From assembly GCA_964643435.1 (NCBI GenBank), contig CAZXPY010000001.1, positions 74,802 to 138,801 on the forward strand: DNA of 64,000 bases, in the 5' to 3' direction. Below are positions 6,641-16,664 of the stretch, piece after piece. Source of the DNA: an uncultured Gammaproteobacteria bacterium (GTDB lineage Bacteria; Patescibacteriota; Microgenomatia; Woykebacterales; RBG-16-39-9b). The position numbers and the translations under genes were made by a program. The notes beneath the pieces were generated by a model. The model was given only the letters and a program-made list of their open reading frames with translations. It ran no database searches and had not been told where the DNA came from. The stretch's first letter is position 1. Each line of letters starts with the position of its first letter.

Positions 6641-9310
6641 CTATCCTTTATGTTGGGGAGAGTTGATTAGACCACATTTTTTCCACTTGAGGCCGCTGCC
6701 GCAGGGGCAAGGGTCGTTGCGACCAATTTTTTGTTTACTGGAGAACGTTGGGTTCCCACTCGAAGGAGCGTTTATTGGTTTTGCCTCTTGAGACTGGGGT
6801 TGAACGGAAACTTTAAATATCCTTCTTGTTACTTCAAAATCAATTGAGTCAATAAGATTTTCAAATAATTTAAAAGCCTCCGCTTTATACTCAACCAGAG
6901 GATCTCTTTGACCATAGCCTCGCAGCCCAATTCCTTCCCGCAAGTCATCAATATCATCAAGATGATTCATCCATAAAGCGTCAATTGTTGATAAAAGAAC
7001 CAACTTTTCTATTTGCCGGCTGGCCTCGGCTCCAAGCTGTTTTTCTCTGGCTTCGTATAAATCAACGACAATTTTATTTAAAAGTTCAATTATTTTGTTT
7101 TGGTCTTTTAATTGGGAAATTTCAGTCTTTATTTGGTCTCGGCTTGCTTCATCAAAAGGAATAATTGTGGAAAATTCTTGAGCGATTTTTTCATAATTTA
7201 CTACACCGTCAGCTTGGTTTATGTAAACAATTGTTTCAATTTCCTCACGTAGCTTCTCGTAAATACTTTCCTTCAGCGAAAAAGTTTCCTGATCAGCCCC
7301 TTGATCTAAATTTTTTTCCTCTCCATCCGCAGTTTGTTGCCTAGATTTACCCTCTAGAATTTCTCTTCTCATCCCATAAATTATCTCTCGCTGTTTATTC
7401 ATTACGTCATCATATTCAACTAAGTGTTTGCGGATGTCAAAGTTATGACCCTCAACTTTATTTTGAGCATTTTCAATTGCTTTTGAAACAAGAGCATTTT
7501 CAATTGGTATATCTTCAGGAATCTTAAGAGCCGTCATCAGATTAGCCACGGTTTCTCCGCCAAAAAGGCGCATAATGTCGTCTTGCAAAGAAACGTAAAA
7601 TCTTGAAGAACCAGGATCCCCTTGCCGACCGCTTCGTCCTCGGAGCTGATTATCAATTCTTCTTGCCTCATGCCTCTCGGTTCCAGTAATGTGCAAACCT
7701 CCAACAGCGACCACCCCATCACCTAGTTTAATATCAACTCCACGGCCGGCAATATTGGTAGCTAACGTTACCGAGCCTTTTTGGCCCGCCTTGGCAATTA
7801 TTTGGGCCTCTCGTTCGTGGTTTTTGGCATTTAAAATTTCATGAGTTATGCCTTTTCTCTTGAGAAGTTCTCCTAGAAGTTCGTTTTTTTCAATTGAAGT
7901 GGTTCCGATAAGAAGCGGCTGACCTTTTTTATTAAGGGTCTCAATTTCCTTAACGATTGCCTCGTATTTTGCCCTCTCAGTTTTATAGACGCTGTCAGGA
8001 TAATCTTTTCTAATCATTGGTTTGTTTGTAGGAACAGCAATTACTTCTAGCTTATATATCTTGTGAAATTCTTCCGCTTCAGTAGCCGCAGTTCCAGTCA
8101 TACCCGCTAATCTTTTGTAGAGTCTGAAATAGTTTTGGAAAGAAATTGTCGCTAGTGTCCGTGTTTCTTGCTGAATTTTTACTCCTTCTTTTGCCTCTAT
8201 CGCCTGGTGTAAGCCTTCACTATAGCGTCGCCCAAACATTAATCTTCCGGTGAACTCATCAACAATAATTACTTCGCTATTCTTTACAACGTAATCCCGG
8301 TCTTTTTTAAATAAGGTTTTTGCTTTCAGCGCTTCTTCAATATGATGAATAGTTTGAAAATCTTTTTCATACAAATTATCAACACCAAGCGCTCTTTCCA
8401 CTTTACTTATCCCAATTTCGGTTAAAGCGGCAGTTTTGAGTTTCTCATCAATAACGTAATCAACCTCATTATTTAGAGTCTCAACAAGTTTTGAAAATGT
8501 ATAATATTTTTCAGTGGGTTCTTGATCTGGGGCACTAATGATTAGTGGCGTTCTTGCCTCGTCAATAAGAATAGAATCAACCTCGTCAACAATCGCAAAA
8601 TGCAAATTTCTCTGAACCACTTGAGTCAAATCCCAGACCATATTGTCTCGTAGATAATCAAAACCATATTCGTTATTGGTGCCATAAGTAATATCAGCTC
8701 CGTACGCTTCGCGTCTTGCAACTTCCCTTAAAAACTTACCAACACCGAGCCCTTCCTCTTCTGGAGTCAATTCTGATTTATTTTCAGTTTCTAGTGGGGG
8801 TTTATTTTCTGGACTAGGGTCAAAAAGATACGATTTTTCGTGATTGATCACACCAACCGAAAGTCCTAAAAAATGATAAATAGGACCCATCCATTCAGCG
8901 TCGCGCCGCGCAAGGTAATCGTTTACAGTTACAAGGTGAACACCATCACCGCTTAGAGCGTTAAGGTAAAGAGGGAGAGTAGCAACGAGGGTTTTTCCTT
9001 CACCGGTTTTCATTTCGGCGATTTTTCCTTGGTGCAAGACAATTCCACCACCAATTTGAACGTCAAAATGCCGTTGCCCAATCGTTCTTAAAGATACTTC
9101 TCTTACCGTAGCAAAAGCTTCTGGAAGGAGGGTATCTAATGATTCACCTTTTTCTAACCTTTTTTTAAACTCAATAGTTTTCTCTTTTAGTTTTTCACGA
9201 GGAAGCTTTTTTATATCCTTTTCAAAATCGTTAGTTTGATCTATTAAAGGTTGAATCTTGTCTAATTCGCGTTCGTTTGAGTCGATTAGTTTTCCTAGAA
9301 ATTTAAACAT
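6641..9310 (-). CDS. secA: Preprotein translocase ATPase SecA
   Basis: 889 aa; DEAD-like motor motifs (GEGKTLVATLP, IVDEVDSILIDEARTPLIIS, TNIAGRGVDIKLG); C-terminal zinc finger CPCGSGLKWKKCG. Confidence 0.95.
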   Translation of the reverse strand: MFKFLGKLIDSNERELDKIQPLIDQTNDFEKDIKKLPREKLKEKTIEFKKRLEKGESLDTLLPEAFATVREVSLRTIGQRHFDVQIGGGIVLHQGKIAEMKTGEGKTLVATLPLYLNALSGDGVHLVTVNDYLARRDAEWMGPIYHFLGLSVGVINHEKSYLFDPSPENKPPLETENKSELTPEEEGLGVGKFLREVARREAYGADITYGTNNEYGFDYLRDNMVWDLTQVVQRNLHFAIVDEVDSILIDEARTPLIISAPDQEPTEKYYTFSKLVETLNNEVDYVIDEKLKTAALTEIGISKVERALGVDNLYEKDFQTIHHIEEALKAKTLFKKDRDYVVKNSEVIIVDEFTGRLMFGRRYSEGLHQAIEAKEGVKIQQETRTLATISFQNYFRLYKRLAGMTGTAATEAEEFHKIYKLEVIAVPTNKPMIRKDYPDSVYKTERAKYEAIVKEIETLNKKGQPLLIGTTSIEKNELLGELLKRKGITHEILNAKNHEREAQIIAKAGQKGSVTLATNIAGRGVDIKLGDGVVAVGGLHITGTERHEARRIDNQLRGRSGRQGDPGSSRFYVSLQDDIMRLFGGETVANLMTALKIPEDIPIENALVSKAIENAQNKVEGHNFDIRKHLVEYDDVMNKQREIIYGMRREILEGKSRQQTADGEEKNLDQGADQETFSLKESIYEKLREEIETIVYINQADGVVNYEKIAQEFSTIIPFDEASRDQIKTEISQLKDQNKIIELLNKIVVDLYEAREKQLGAEASRQIEKLVLLSTIDALWMNHLDDIDDLREGIGLRGYGQRDPLVEYKAEAFKLFENLIDSIDFEVTRRIFKVSVQPQSQEAKPINAPSSGNPTFSSKQKIGRNDPCPCGSGLKWKKCGLINSPQHKG

Positions 9311-9400
9311 AGCTTAATATTCTATCACGGTTGCGTAATAGCCACCACTAGTTTTTGAACCTGAATAATCTCCAATTATGGGGATTTTTGATAATGGGGG

Positions 9401-9433
9401 TTGACAAATACCTATCGTTATGTTTTTATAGCT
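9401..9433 (+). promoter_or_regulatory. Possible promoter in the 210-bp divergent secA / GT2 intergenic region
   Basis: TTGACA at 9401-9406 followed 19-21 nt later by TTTATA/TATAGC. The spacing is imperfect, so this is weak. Confidence 0.2.
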
Positions 9434-9520
9434 TCCGTTACCCCAAACGCCAGTATTCTTCACATTATTAACCCCAATTCTATTTTGACAATAGGAAGGG
9501 TTTTAACGTATTCTTAATAT

Positions 9521-10633
9521 GTGAAAATAGTCGTTATTATCCCCACGTACAACGAGAGAGAGAATATTGGTCCCTTAATTGATGCCCTTGAAGAAGAATT
9601 CGCTAAAATACCCCATGATTGCCATATCTTAGTAGTTGATGACAATTCTCCAGATAAAACCGCCCAAGTTGTAAAAGAAAAAATGGCCCAGTACGATGGA
9701 ATTTATCTCCTTACTGGTGCCAAAGCGGGTTTAGGTGCCGCTTATATCAGGGGAATGAAGTTTGCCAACGATAAACTCAAGGCGGACGCGGTTATGGAGA
9801 TGGATGCTGATTTTTCCCATAAACCTTCCGATGTCCCGAGATTAATTAAAGAACTGGACGAAGGTTACGATTTTGTTATTGGTTCGCGGCATATAAAGGG
9901 AGGCAGTATTCCCGCTGATTGGTCTTTGCTGCGTAAGCTAAACACAAAGGTAGCTAATTTGGTTGCCAGATATTTAGCCGGACTCTACCGGGTTAAAGAT
10001 TGTACCGCTGGATTTCGAGCGATTAATACGGCTCTTTTGCGAAAAATTGATCTAGATAATATCCGTACGAAAGGCTACTCCTTCCAAATCGGGATTTTAC
10101 ACGAGGCCATAAATGCAGGGGCGGTGATAAAAGAAGTGCCAGTTGATTTTATTGATCGAAAGAAAGGAGAAACAAAACTAGGATTTAATGTAAAAGAGCG
10201 GGTTCTTTTTATTTGGGACAGTATCTTAATTCGGTTTGAAAAAAGTGAAACTTTCTTTAAATTTGCCACGGTTGGTGCCACTGGAGTAGCGGTAAATTTA
10301 GGTTCACTTTTTATCCTTTACGAAAACTTTGGGATAATAAAAGAAATAGCATCGCCAATTGCAATTGAATTTTCAATAATTACGAATTTCCTTTTTAATA
10401 ATTCTTGGACCTTTAGTGAGCGAAAGGCAAGCTCACCTTTTTTAATAAAACTTATCAAGTTTAATATAGTTTCCTTGCTAGCTCTAATAGTTACTTACAC
10501 TACTTTTTTGATTACAACTCGCGTCTTTGGTGTATACTATCTAGTTGCTCAAAGTTTAGGAATTGTTTTGGCAATGCTTTGGAATTATTTTGTTAATTCA
10601 ATCTGGACCTGGAAAATAATAAAAGAAGGATAA
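9521..10633 (+). CDS. Fusion protein: GT2 polyprenyl-phosphate hexose synthase (Dpm1/GtrB-like) + C-terminal GtrA-like flippase domain
   Basis: GTG start. N-terminus IIPTYNERENI, VDDNSPDKT, MDADFSH. The C-terminal ~130 aa (from about nt 10240) are four hydrophobic helices typical of the GtrA family (..VGATGVAVNLGSLFILYE.. ..NNSWTF..). Confidence 0.7.
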   Translation: MKIVVIIPTYNERENIGPLIDALEEEFAKIPHDCHILVVDDNSPDKTAQVVKEKMAQYDGIYLLTGAKAGLGAAYIRGMKFANDKLKADAVMEMDADFSHKPSDVPRLIKELDEGYDFVIGSRHIKGGSIPADWSLLRKLNTKVANLVARYLAGLYRVKDCTAGFRAINTALLRKIDLDNIRTKGYSFQIGILHEAINAGAVIKEVPVDFIDRKKGETKLGFNVKERVLFIWDSILIRFEKSETFFKFATVGATGVAVNLGSLFILYENFGIIKEIASPIAIEFSIITNFLFNNSWTFSERKASSPFLIKLIKFNIVSLLALIVTYTTFLITTRVFGVYYLVAQSLGIVLAMLWNYFVNSIWTWKIIKEG

Positions 10634-10642
10634 AGCAAAATT

Positions 10643-11368
10643 ATGAAAGGCGTGGTTTTAGCTGGCGGAAAAGGTACAAGGCTCTACCCCCTAACCTTCG
10701 CTACTAACAAACACTTACTTCCAGTTTACGACAAACCAATGATTTTTTACCCAATCGAAACTCTTATAAGAGCGGGAATACGCGATATTATGGTTGTTAC
10801 TGGTGGTCCTCACGCTGGTCATTTTATTCACGTTTTAAAAAACGGGAAGGAATTGGGTATAAATCATCTTGAATTTACTTACCAGGAGAATGAAGGCGGT
10901 ATTGCTCACGCCCTTTCGTTAGCGGCTGATTTTGCCGATGGGGGCTCAATTACAGTTATTTTGGGGGACAATACTACCGATGCCAATATTAAAAAAGAGG
11001 TTGACAATTTTAAAGAAGGGGCCCTTATTTTTCTGAAAGAAGTCCAAGAACCCTCTCGTTTTGGTGTTCCTGTTTTTGACAGAAAAGGTAAAATTACTTC
11101 TATCGAAGAGAAACCAAAAAACCCTAAATCGAATATGGCAGTTACCGGTCTTTATATTTATGACGCTAAAGTTTTTGACTTTATTAAAAGGATCGAACCT
11201 TCAGATCGTGGAGAGCTAGAAATTACTGATGTTAATAATTTATATCTAAAAACCGGCCAATTAAATCACACTGTTTTACCGGGTTTTTGGTCTGATTCTG
11301 GTACTTTCGAAAGTCTTTTTCGTTCTAACCTTTTTTGGGCAACAAAAAAAGGTAAAATTTCTCTATGA
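10643..11368 (+). CDS. Short-form sugar-1-phosphate nucleotidyltransferase (RmlA/SpsI-like)
   Basis: MKGVVLAGGKGTRLYPLT..NKHLLPV signature; about 241 aa short form. Confidence 0.7.
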   Translation: MKGVVLAGGKGTRLYPLTFATNKHLLPVYDKPMIFYPIETLIRAGIRDIMVVTGGPHAGHFIHVLKNGKELGINHLEFTYQENEGGIAHALSLAADFADGGSITVILGDNTTDANIKKEVDNFKEGALIFLKEVQEPSRFGVPVFDRKGKITSIEEKPKNPKSNMAVTGLYIYDAKVFDFIKRIEPSDRGELEITDVNNLYLKTGQLNHTVLPGFWSDSGTFESLFRSNLFWATKKGKISL

Positions 11369-12318
11369 AGGTACTTATTACTGGAATCGCGGGTTTCGCC
11401 GGTAGTCACCTCGTCGATCTTCTTCTCACCTTTAAAAATCTAAAAATCTCGGGGACGGTTCTTGAAGAAAAAAATATCGAAAATATAGCCGCCCGCAAAG
11501 ACAAATTAGTTTTGTTAGCTGGTGATTTACGTGACGCATATTTTGTGGGTGAGACTATCAAAAAAATTAAGCCAGACCTTATTTTTCACCTAGCCGGTAT
11601 TTCTTCAGCGGCGGTCAGTTTACAAAAGCCAAAAGAGACTTTAGAGAGTAATATAAGCGCTAATTTTAATTTACTAGAAGCAATAAAAAATTACAGCAGG
11701 GAAAGTAAAGTCTTAATTGTTGGAAGCGCCGAAGAGTACGGTTTGGTGGCAGATAGGGATTTACCTATCGATGAAGAAACGCCGTTGCGTCCGGCTAACC
11801 TTTACGGCGTTTCCAAAATAGCCGTAGATTTTTTAGCCTTGCAGTATTTTTATTCTTATAAAATTAAAGTTGTTAGAATAAGACCTTTTAATCATATCGG
11901 TCCAAGACAGAAACCAGAGTTTGTGGTGGCTGATTTCGCCAACCAAATTGCTAAAATTATTTTAAATGAAACTTCTGCGTGGGTGCGCGTGGGTAATCTA
12001 GATGTAAAAAGAGATTTTACCGATGTTAGAGATATTGCCAGGGCGTACTGGCTAGCTTTAGAAAAAGGGCAATTCGGTGATGTTTATAATTTAGGTAGCG
12101 GCAAATCATATACAATTAGGACAATTCTACAAAAGTTAATAGATATTAGCGGTAGGAAGATAAAAATAAAACAGGACCCAGGAAAGTTACGTCCAGTTGA
12201 TATTCCAAATCTATTGTGTGATAATACAAAATTTGTGAAACAAACTGGTTGGCAGCCTACAATTCGGATTGACCAAAGTTTGAAGGACACGCTAGAATAT
12301 TTCAAGGTAAGCAAATGA
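11365..12318 (+). CDS. NAD-dependent epimerase/dehydratase, GDP-4-keto-6-deoxy-D-mannose reductase (Rmd)-like
   Basis: Rossmann N-terminus [12 protein letters not shown]; YxxxK SDR motif; lies immediately upstream of gmd with an ATGA overlap. Confidence 0.5.
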   Translation: MKVLITGIAGFAGSHLVDLLLTFKNLKISGTVLEEKNIENIAARKDKLVLLAGDLRDAYFVGETIKKIKPDLIFHLAGISSAAVSLQKPKETLESNISANFNLLEAIKNYSRESKVLIVGSAEEYGLVADRDLPIDEETPLRPANLYGVSKIAVDFLALQYFYSYKIKVVRIRPFNHIGPRQKPEFVVADFANQIAKIILNETSAWVRVGNLDVKRDFTDVRDIARAYWLALEKGQFGDVYNLGSGKSYTIRTILQKLIDISGRKIKIKQDPGKLRPVDIPNLLCDNTKFVKQTGWQPTIRIDQSLKDTLEYFKVSK

Positions 12319-13289
12319 AAAAAGCACTGATAACTGGTGTTACCGGGCAAGACGGTTCCTACTTAGCCGAATTTCTAATAAAAAAAGGGTATCAAGTTTT
12401 TGGTTTAACAAGACGCAACAGTACCCCAAATTATGAGCGTATCGCTCATATTATTGAAAAAATTACCCTTCTCCAAGGGGATTTACTCGATGAACATTCC
12501 CTCACTAATGCGATTAAAGAAAGCGATCCTGACGAAGTTTATAACCTAGCGGCCCAGTCGTTTGTTCCTACCTCTTGGAACCAGCCAGTTTTAACTGGAG
12601 AATTTACTGCTCTTGGAGTAACAAGAGTTTTAGAAGCAATAAAGTTAATAAAACCTACGGCCCGGTTTTACCAAGCTTCTAGTTCCGAGATGTTTGGCAA
12701 GGTTTTAGAAGCTCCCCAAAACGAAAAAACCCCCTTTTATCCAAGAAGTCCCTATGGAGTTGCCAAAGTTTACGGCCATTGGATTACGGTGAACTACCGG
12801 GAGTCTTATGGGCTATACGCTGTTAGTGGTATTTGCTTTAACCACGAATCACCGAGAAGAGGATTAGAATTTGTTACCAGAAAAATAAGTAACGGGGTTG
12901 CTAGAATTAAATTAGGATTACAAAAAGATTTACACCTAGGAAATCTAGAAGCAAAAAGAGATTGGGGGTACGCACTCGACTATGTTGAAGCAATGTGGTT
13001 AACCCTGCAACAAAAAAAGCCTCAAGATTTTGTAATTGCCACGGGGAAGAGCCATTCGGTAAGAGATTTCGTTGAGGTGGCCTTTGAACACGTGGGAATT
13101 AAGAATTGGAATAGGTATGTAGTAGGGGATAAAAAATTAATTAGATTGGCAGAGGTTGACTACTTAGTTGGTGACGCAACGAAAGCAAGAAGAATCTTAA
13201 ATTGGAAGCCTAAGGTTAGTTTTAAAGAATTAGTTAAAATGATGGTAGATGCCGATTTGAAGTCTGAACAAAAAAATCTTAGACTTTAA
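12315..13289 (+). CDS. gmd: GDP-mannose 4,6-dehydratase
   Basis: [33 protein letters not shown] and NHESPRRG motifs are classic Gmd. Confidence 0.85.
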   Translation: MKKALITGVTGQDGSYLAEFLIKKGYQVFGLTRRNSTPNYERIAHIIEKITLLQGDLLDEHSLTNAIKESDPDEVYNLAAQSFVPTSWNQPVLTGEFTALGVTRVLEAIKLIKPTARFYQASSSEMFGKVLEAPQNEKTPFYPRSPYGVAKVYGHWITVNYRESYGLYAVSGICFNHESPRRGLEFVTRKISNGVARIKLGLQKDLHLGNLEAKRDWGYALDYVEAMWLTLQQKKPQDFVIATGKSHSVRDFVEVAFEHVGIKNWNRYVVGDKKLIRLAEVDYLVGDATKARRILNWKPKVSFKELVKMMVDADLKSEQKNLRL

Positions 13290-13394
13290 AGTTAAATTTT
13301 TATTTTTTTAAGTAAAATGACACTTTCCTTTTTGATTACAATTTCCAGAAGTTCTTTAGGAAAAATTTATAATTAATGAAAAAGATGGGTCGCG

Positions 13395-13835
13395 ATGAAA
13401 ATTGATAAAGACGAAATTGAGGATTGTAAAAAAGTACCAACATTTGACCAAAACGGAGAGGAAAATGGTTTTTTAACCGAACTTTTTAAAAAGGGTAATA
13501 AAACTACTGCTTATCTTTCAGGAGTAAAAACTGGCGGTTTCAAAGGCTATCATCTTCACCGTATTCGAGCGGCTAATTATGTCTGCATCAAAGGTAAGAT
13601 GAAAATAATTTTATACCTTAGAGACGGAGGCCGTTACGTACGAAAAGAATATATTTTAGACGCAAATAAGCCTCAAAGACTATTTATCCCACCCTTAGTA
13701 CCAACTGGGCTACAAAATATTGCTTCCGAAGAATCCTGGCTTATTAATTATCCTTACCCTCCCTATGACCCGGCTCTTTTAGATGAACAAATTGAATATA
13801 CGCAAGAAGAACTGGATAAAGGAGTAGTTAAGTGA
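13395..13835 (+). CDS. Cupin-fold NDP-4-keto-6-deoxyhexose isomerase/epimerase (WxcM/FdtA-like or divergent RmlC)
   Basis: About 146 aa; GYHLHR (His-x-His) and a beta-rich cupin pattern; sits directly before rmlB/rmlD. Confidence 0.45.
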   Translation: MKIDKDEIEDCKKVPTFDQNGEENGFLTELFKKGNKTTAYLSGVKTGGFKGYHLHRIRAANYVCIKGKMKIILYLRDGGRYVRKEYILDANKPQRLFIPPLVPTGLQNIASEESWLINYPYPPYDPALLDEQIEYTQEELDKGVVK

Positions 13836-14806
13836 AAATACTGGTTACTGGCGGGACGGGATTTATGGGTAGCGATTTTGTGCGAACCTTTGTTCGCAAA
13901 TATCCAAAGAACCAAGTGGTAGTTTTAGATAAATTAACCTATGCTGGTAACCTTGAAAACTTAAAAGAAATAAAGGAAAGAAAAAATTTTGAGTTTATTA
14001 AAGGTGATATTGGCGACGCGAGTTTAGTTAATAAATTAATGGAAGGCGTGGAGGTAGTTTTTCATTTTGCCGCGGAAACTCACGTTGATCGCTCAATTTT
14101 AGATCCGCAAGTGTTTATCAAAACTAATGTTTTAGGTACCCAAACTTTACTTGACTCTGCCCTAAAAAATAGAATTAAGAGGTTTCATCACATTAGTACG
14201 GATGAAGTTTTTGGCTCCCTTCCTCTAAATTCTAAAAAAAAATTCACGGCTGAATCACCATACAAACCACGTAGCCCTTACGCTGCTTCCAAAGCGGCCG
14301 CTGATCATTTAGTGAGAGCTTATTTTGTAACTTTAGGGTTGCCAATTATAATTACAAATTCATCAAACAATTTTGGTCCATACCAATATCCGGAAAAATT
14401 TGTTTCGCTTTCAATCACCAATGCTCTTGAAAATAAAAAAATTCCAATTTATGGAGACGGTCAACATACCCGAGACTGGCTTTTTGTGGAAGATCACACG
14501 ACTGCAGTTATGACTACCCTAGAAAAGGGTAAGATCGGAGAAACTTATTTAATTAGCGCTGATAACGAATATATGAATATTGATTTAGCGAAAAAGATTT
14601 TAGGAATTTTAAAAAGGAGTGAATCTTTAATTGAGTTTGTTAAAGACCGTCCTGGTCATGATCGACGTTACGCTTTGGATGGGAGCAAAATCAAAAAGCT
14701 TGGTTGGGAACCAAAAAACAGTTTCGATAAAGCTCTTAAAGCAACCATTAAATGGTATCAAAAAAACCCAAGTTGGTGGAAAAAACTTAACGCTAGAAAT
14801 TTATGA
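13832..14806 (+). CDS. rfbB: dTDP-glucose 4,6-dehydratase
   Basis: MKILVTGGTGFMGSDFVR..YP...VVVLDKLTYAGN..NL, YAASKAAAD; extended SDR fold. Confidence 0.85.
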   Translation: MKILVTGGTGFMGSDFVRTFVRKYPKNQVVVLDKLTYAGNLENLKEIKERKNFEFIKGDIGDASLVNKLMEGVEVVFHFAAETHVDRSILDPQVFIKTNVLGTQTLLDSALKNRIKRFHHISTDEVFGSLPLNSKKKFTAESPYKPRSPYAASKAAADHLVRAYFVTLGLPIIITNSSNNFGPYQYPEKFVSLSITNALENKKIPIYGDGQHTRDWLFVEDHTTAVMTTLEKGKIGETYLISADNEYMNIDLAKKILGILKRSESLIEFVKDRPGHDRRYALDGSKIKKLGWEPKNSFDKALKATIKWYQKNPSWWKKLNARNL

Positions 14807-15702
14807 AGGTTCTAATAACCGGAGCTTACGGACTGATTGGATCGAGAATCTTAGAACTAGCACCGAAAAATTGGGAGATAATTACCCTTTCAAACGAACT
14901 TAAAAAAGAAGAGTTTAAAAACGTTTTTCATGTAAATGCTGATATAAAAGACTTTGAAAAAATTGAAAAGGCTTTTTTCAAATATGAACCTAATTGGATT
15001 CTACATTTAGCGGCCTATACTAATGTCGATGGGGCCGAACGAGAAAAAAATTTAGCCTATGAGATTAATTGTCTTGGTACCAAAAATATTGCGGCTCTTT
15101 CAAAAAAAGTAGGAGCAAAACTAATTTTTTTGTCCACCGACCATGTTTTTGACGGCAGAAACGGTAATTTTAAAGAAGAAGACAAAACAAATCCAATAAA
15201 TTATTATGGTTTTACAAAGCTAAAAGGAGAAGAAGAAGTCTTGAAAAATGCAGCGACTTACACTATTTTAAGGATTTCTTATCCCTACCGCGCTAAATTT
15301 GAACCAAAATCCGACTCCTTCCGTTTCATATTAAAATCCTTAACTACTGGTAAGAGTTTAAAATTAGTCTCTGATCAATTTATAACCCCAACATTTATTG
15401 ATGATTTAGCTTTAATTATTTTTTCAGTTATTGAAAGGAATATTTTTGGTTTATATCATAGCGCCGGTAATGAGTGTTTAACCTTTTTTGATATGGGAAA
15501 ACTTATTAGTAAAATTTTTGGATTAGACGAAAAATTGATAACCGAAACAAGGTTAGAGATGTTTCTAAAAGAATCTGGAAGAATCGCCAAACAACCCAAA
15601 AAAAGTTGTTTAGATTCAAGTAACCTTAGAGATAAGCATAATTTAGAAGTTAGAGGAATTAGCAGCGTTTTGCCAGAAATCAAAAGGGAGATAGTTTCAT
15701 GA
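14803..15702 (+). CDS. rfbD: dTDP-4-dehydrorhamnose reductase
   Basis: MKVLITGAYGLIGSRI.., LHLAAYTNVDGAERE, STDHVFDG are RmlD-like motifs. Confidence 0.65.
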   Translation: MKVLITGAYGLIGSRILELAPKNWEIITLSNELKKEEFKNVFHVNADIKDFEKIEKAFFKYEPNWILHLAAYTNVDGAEREKNLAYEINCLGTKNIAALSKKVGAKLIFLSTDHVFDGRNGNFKEEDKTNPINYYGFTKLKGEEEVLKNAATYTILRISYPYRAKFEPKSDSFRFILKSLTTGKSLKLVSDQFITPTFIDDLALIIFSVIERNIFGLYHSAGNECLTFFDMGKLISKIFGLDEKLITETRLEMFLKESGRIAKQPKKSCLDSSNLRDKHNLEVRGISSVLPEIKREIVS

Positions 15703-16619
15703 AAATATTAGTAACTGGTGGAGCCGGTTTCATTGGTTCTCACGTGACAAAGCAGTTATGCGACAGGGACTTTGAGGTTGTAGTCTATGATGATCTCAGT
15801 CGTGGTTTCAGAGGGCTTATAGATTCTCGATCCGACTTCATCAAGGGATCGGTTTTAGATAAAGAAAAATTAGTTGGATCTTTAGCTGGTGTGAACGTGG
15901 TGATTCACATGGCTGCTCTTATTGTTGTACCAGAGAGTGTAGAAAAGCCGGACCTCTATTGGCACAACAATGTCGAAGGTACTAAGCAACTACTTGAAGC
16001 AATGAGAGAGGCGGCCGTAGAAAAAATAATTTTTTCATCTTCAGCAACAGTTTACGGAAACCCAGACAAACTACCTTTAACCGAAAACTCGCCCCTAAAA
16101 ACCCCATCTTCACCTTATGGTCAGACTAAGTTAGAAATGGAGAAATTAATTGAGTTGGAACATAGAAAGGGATGGTTAAACGCAGTTATTTTAAGATACT
16201 TTAATCCATATGGTCCAAACGAACTCCATATTCCCGAGACTCACGCTATTCCTAATTTTATTAAAGCGTCTCTTAAAAAAAATCCAACACCACTCTATTG
16301 GAAGGGCGAGCAAGTAAGGGATTTCATCTACGTTGAAGACTTAGCAGCGGCTCATATCGATACCTTAGAGCAAAAGGGTTTAAAAATTTACAACGTTGGG
16401 ACTGGTCAAGGTACAAAAGTAAAAGATTTACTTACAGATATTTCAGACATAATTGGGGTCAAGACCCGAATCAAAGACTTAGGGGAGCGTTTTGGCGATG
16501 TTAGAGAACTTTGGGCCGATTCTTCGAAGATAAAAAGGGAAATTGGTTGGAAACCAAGAGTTAATTTGGTGGAGGGGTTAAAGAAAACAATTGATTTTTA
16601 TAAATCATACGGAAGTTGA
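15699..16619 (+). CDS. NAD-dependent UDP-hexose 4-epimerase (GalE-like)
   Basis: MKILVTGGAGFIGSHV; YGQTK catalytic motif; about 306 aa. Confidence 0.6.
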   Translation: MKILVTGGAGFIGSHVTKQLCDRDFEVVVYDDLSRGFRGLIDSRSDFIKGSVLDKEKLVGSLAGVNVVIHMAALIVVPESVEKPDLYWHNNVEGTKQLLEAMREAAVEKIIFSSSATVYGNPDKLPLTENSPLKTPSSPYGQTKLEMEKLIELEHRKGWLNAVILRYFNPYGPNELHIPETHAIPNFIKASLKKNPTPLYWKGEQVRDFIYVEDLAAAHIDTLEQKGLKIYNVGTGQGTKVKDLLTDISDIIGVKTRIKDLGERFGDVRELWADSSKIKREIGWKPRVNLVEGLKKTIDFYKSYGS

Positions 16620-16664
16620 TTTGATAATCTAATTGTTTTATACTTGCCGCCAATTCTTAATAAA

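Noticed and set aside
14631-14903. Same-strand overlapping ORF spanning the rmlB/rmlD junction
   Set aside because: It is an out-of-frame read across two well-supported genes; nothing suggests a real nested gene.
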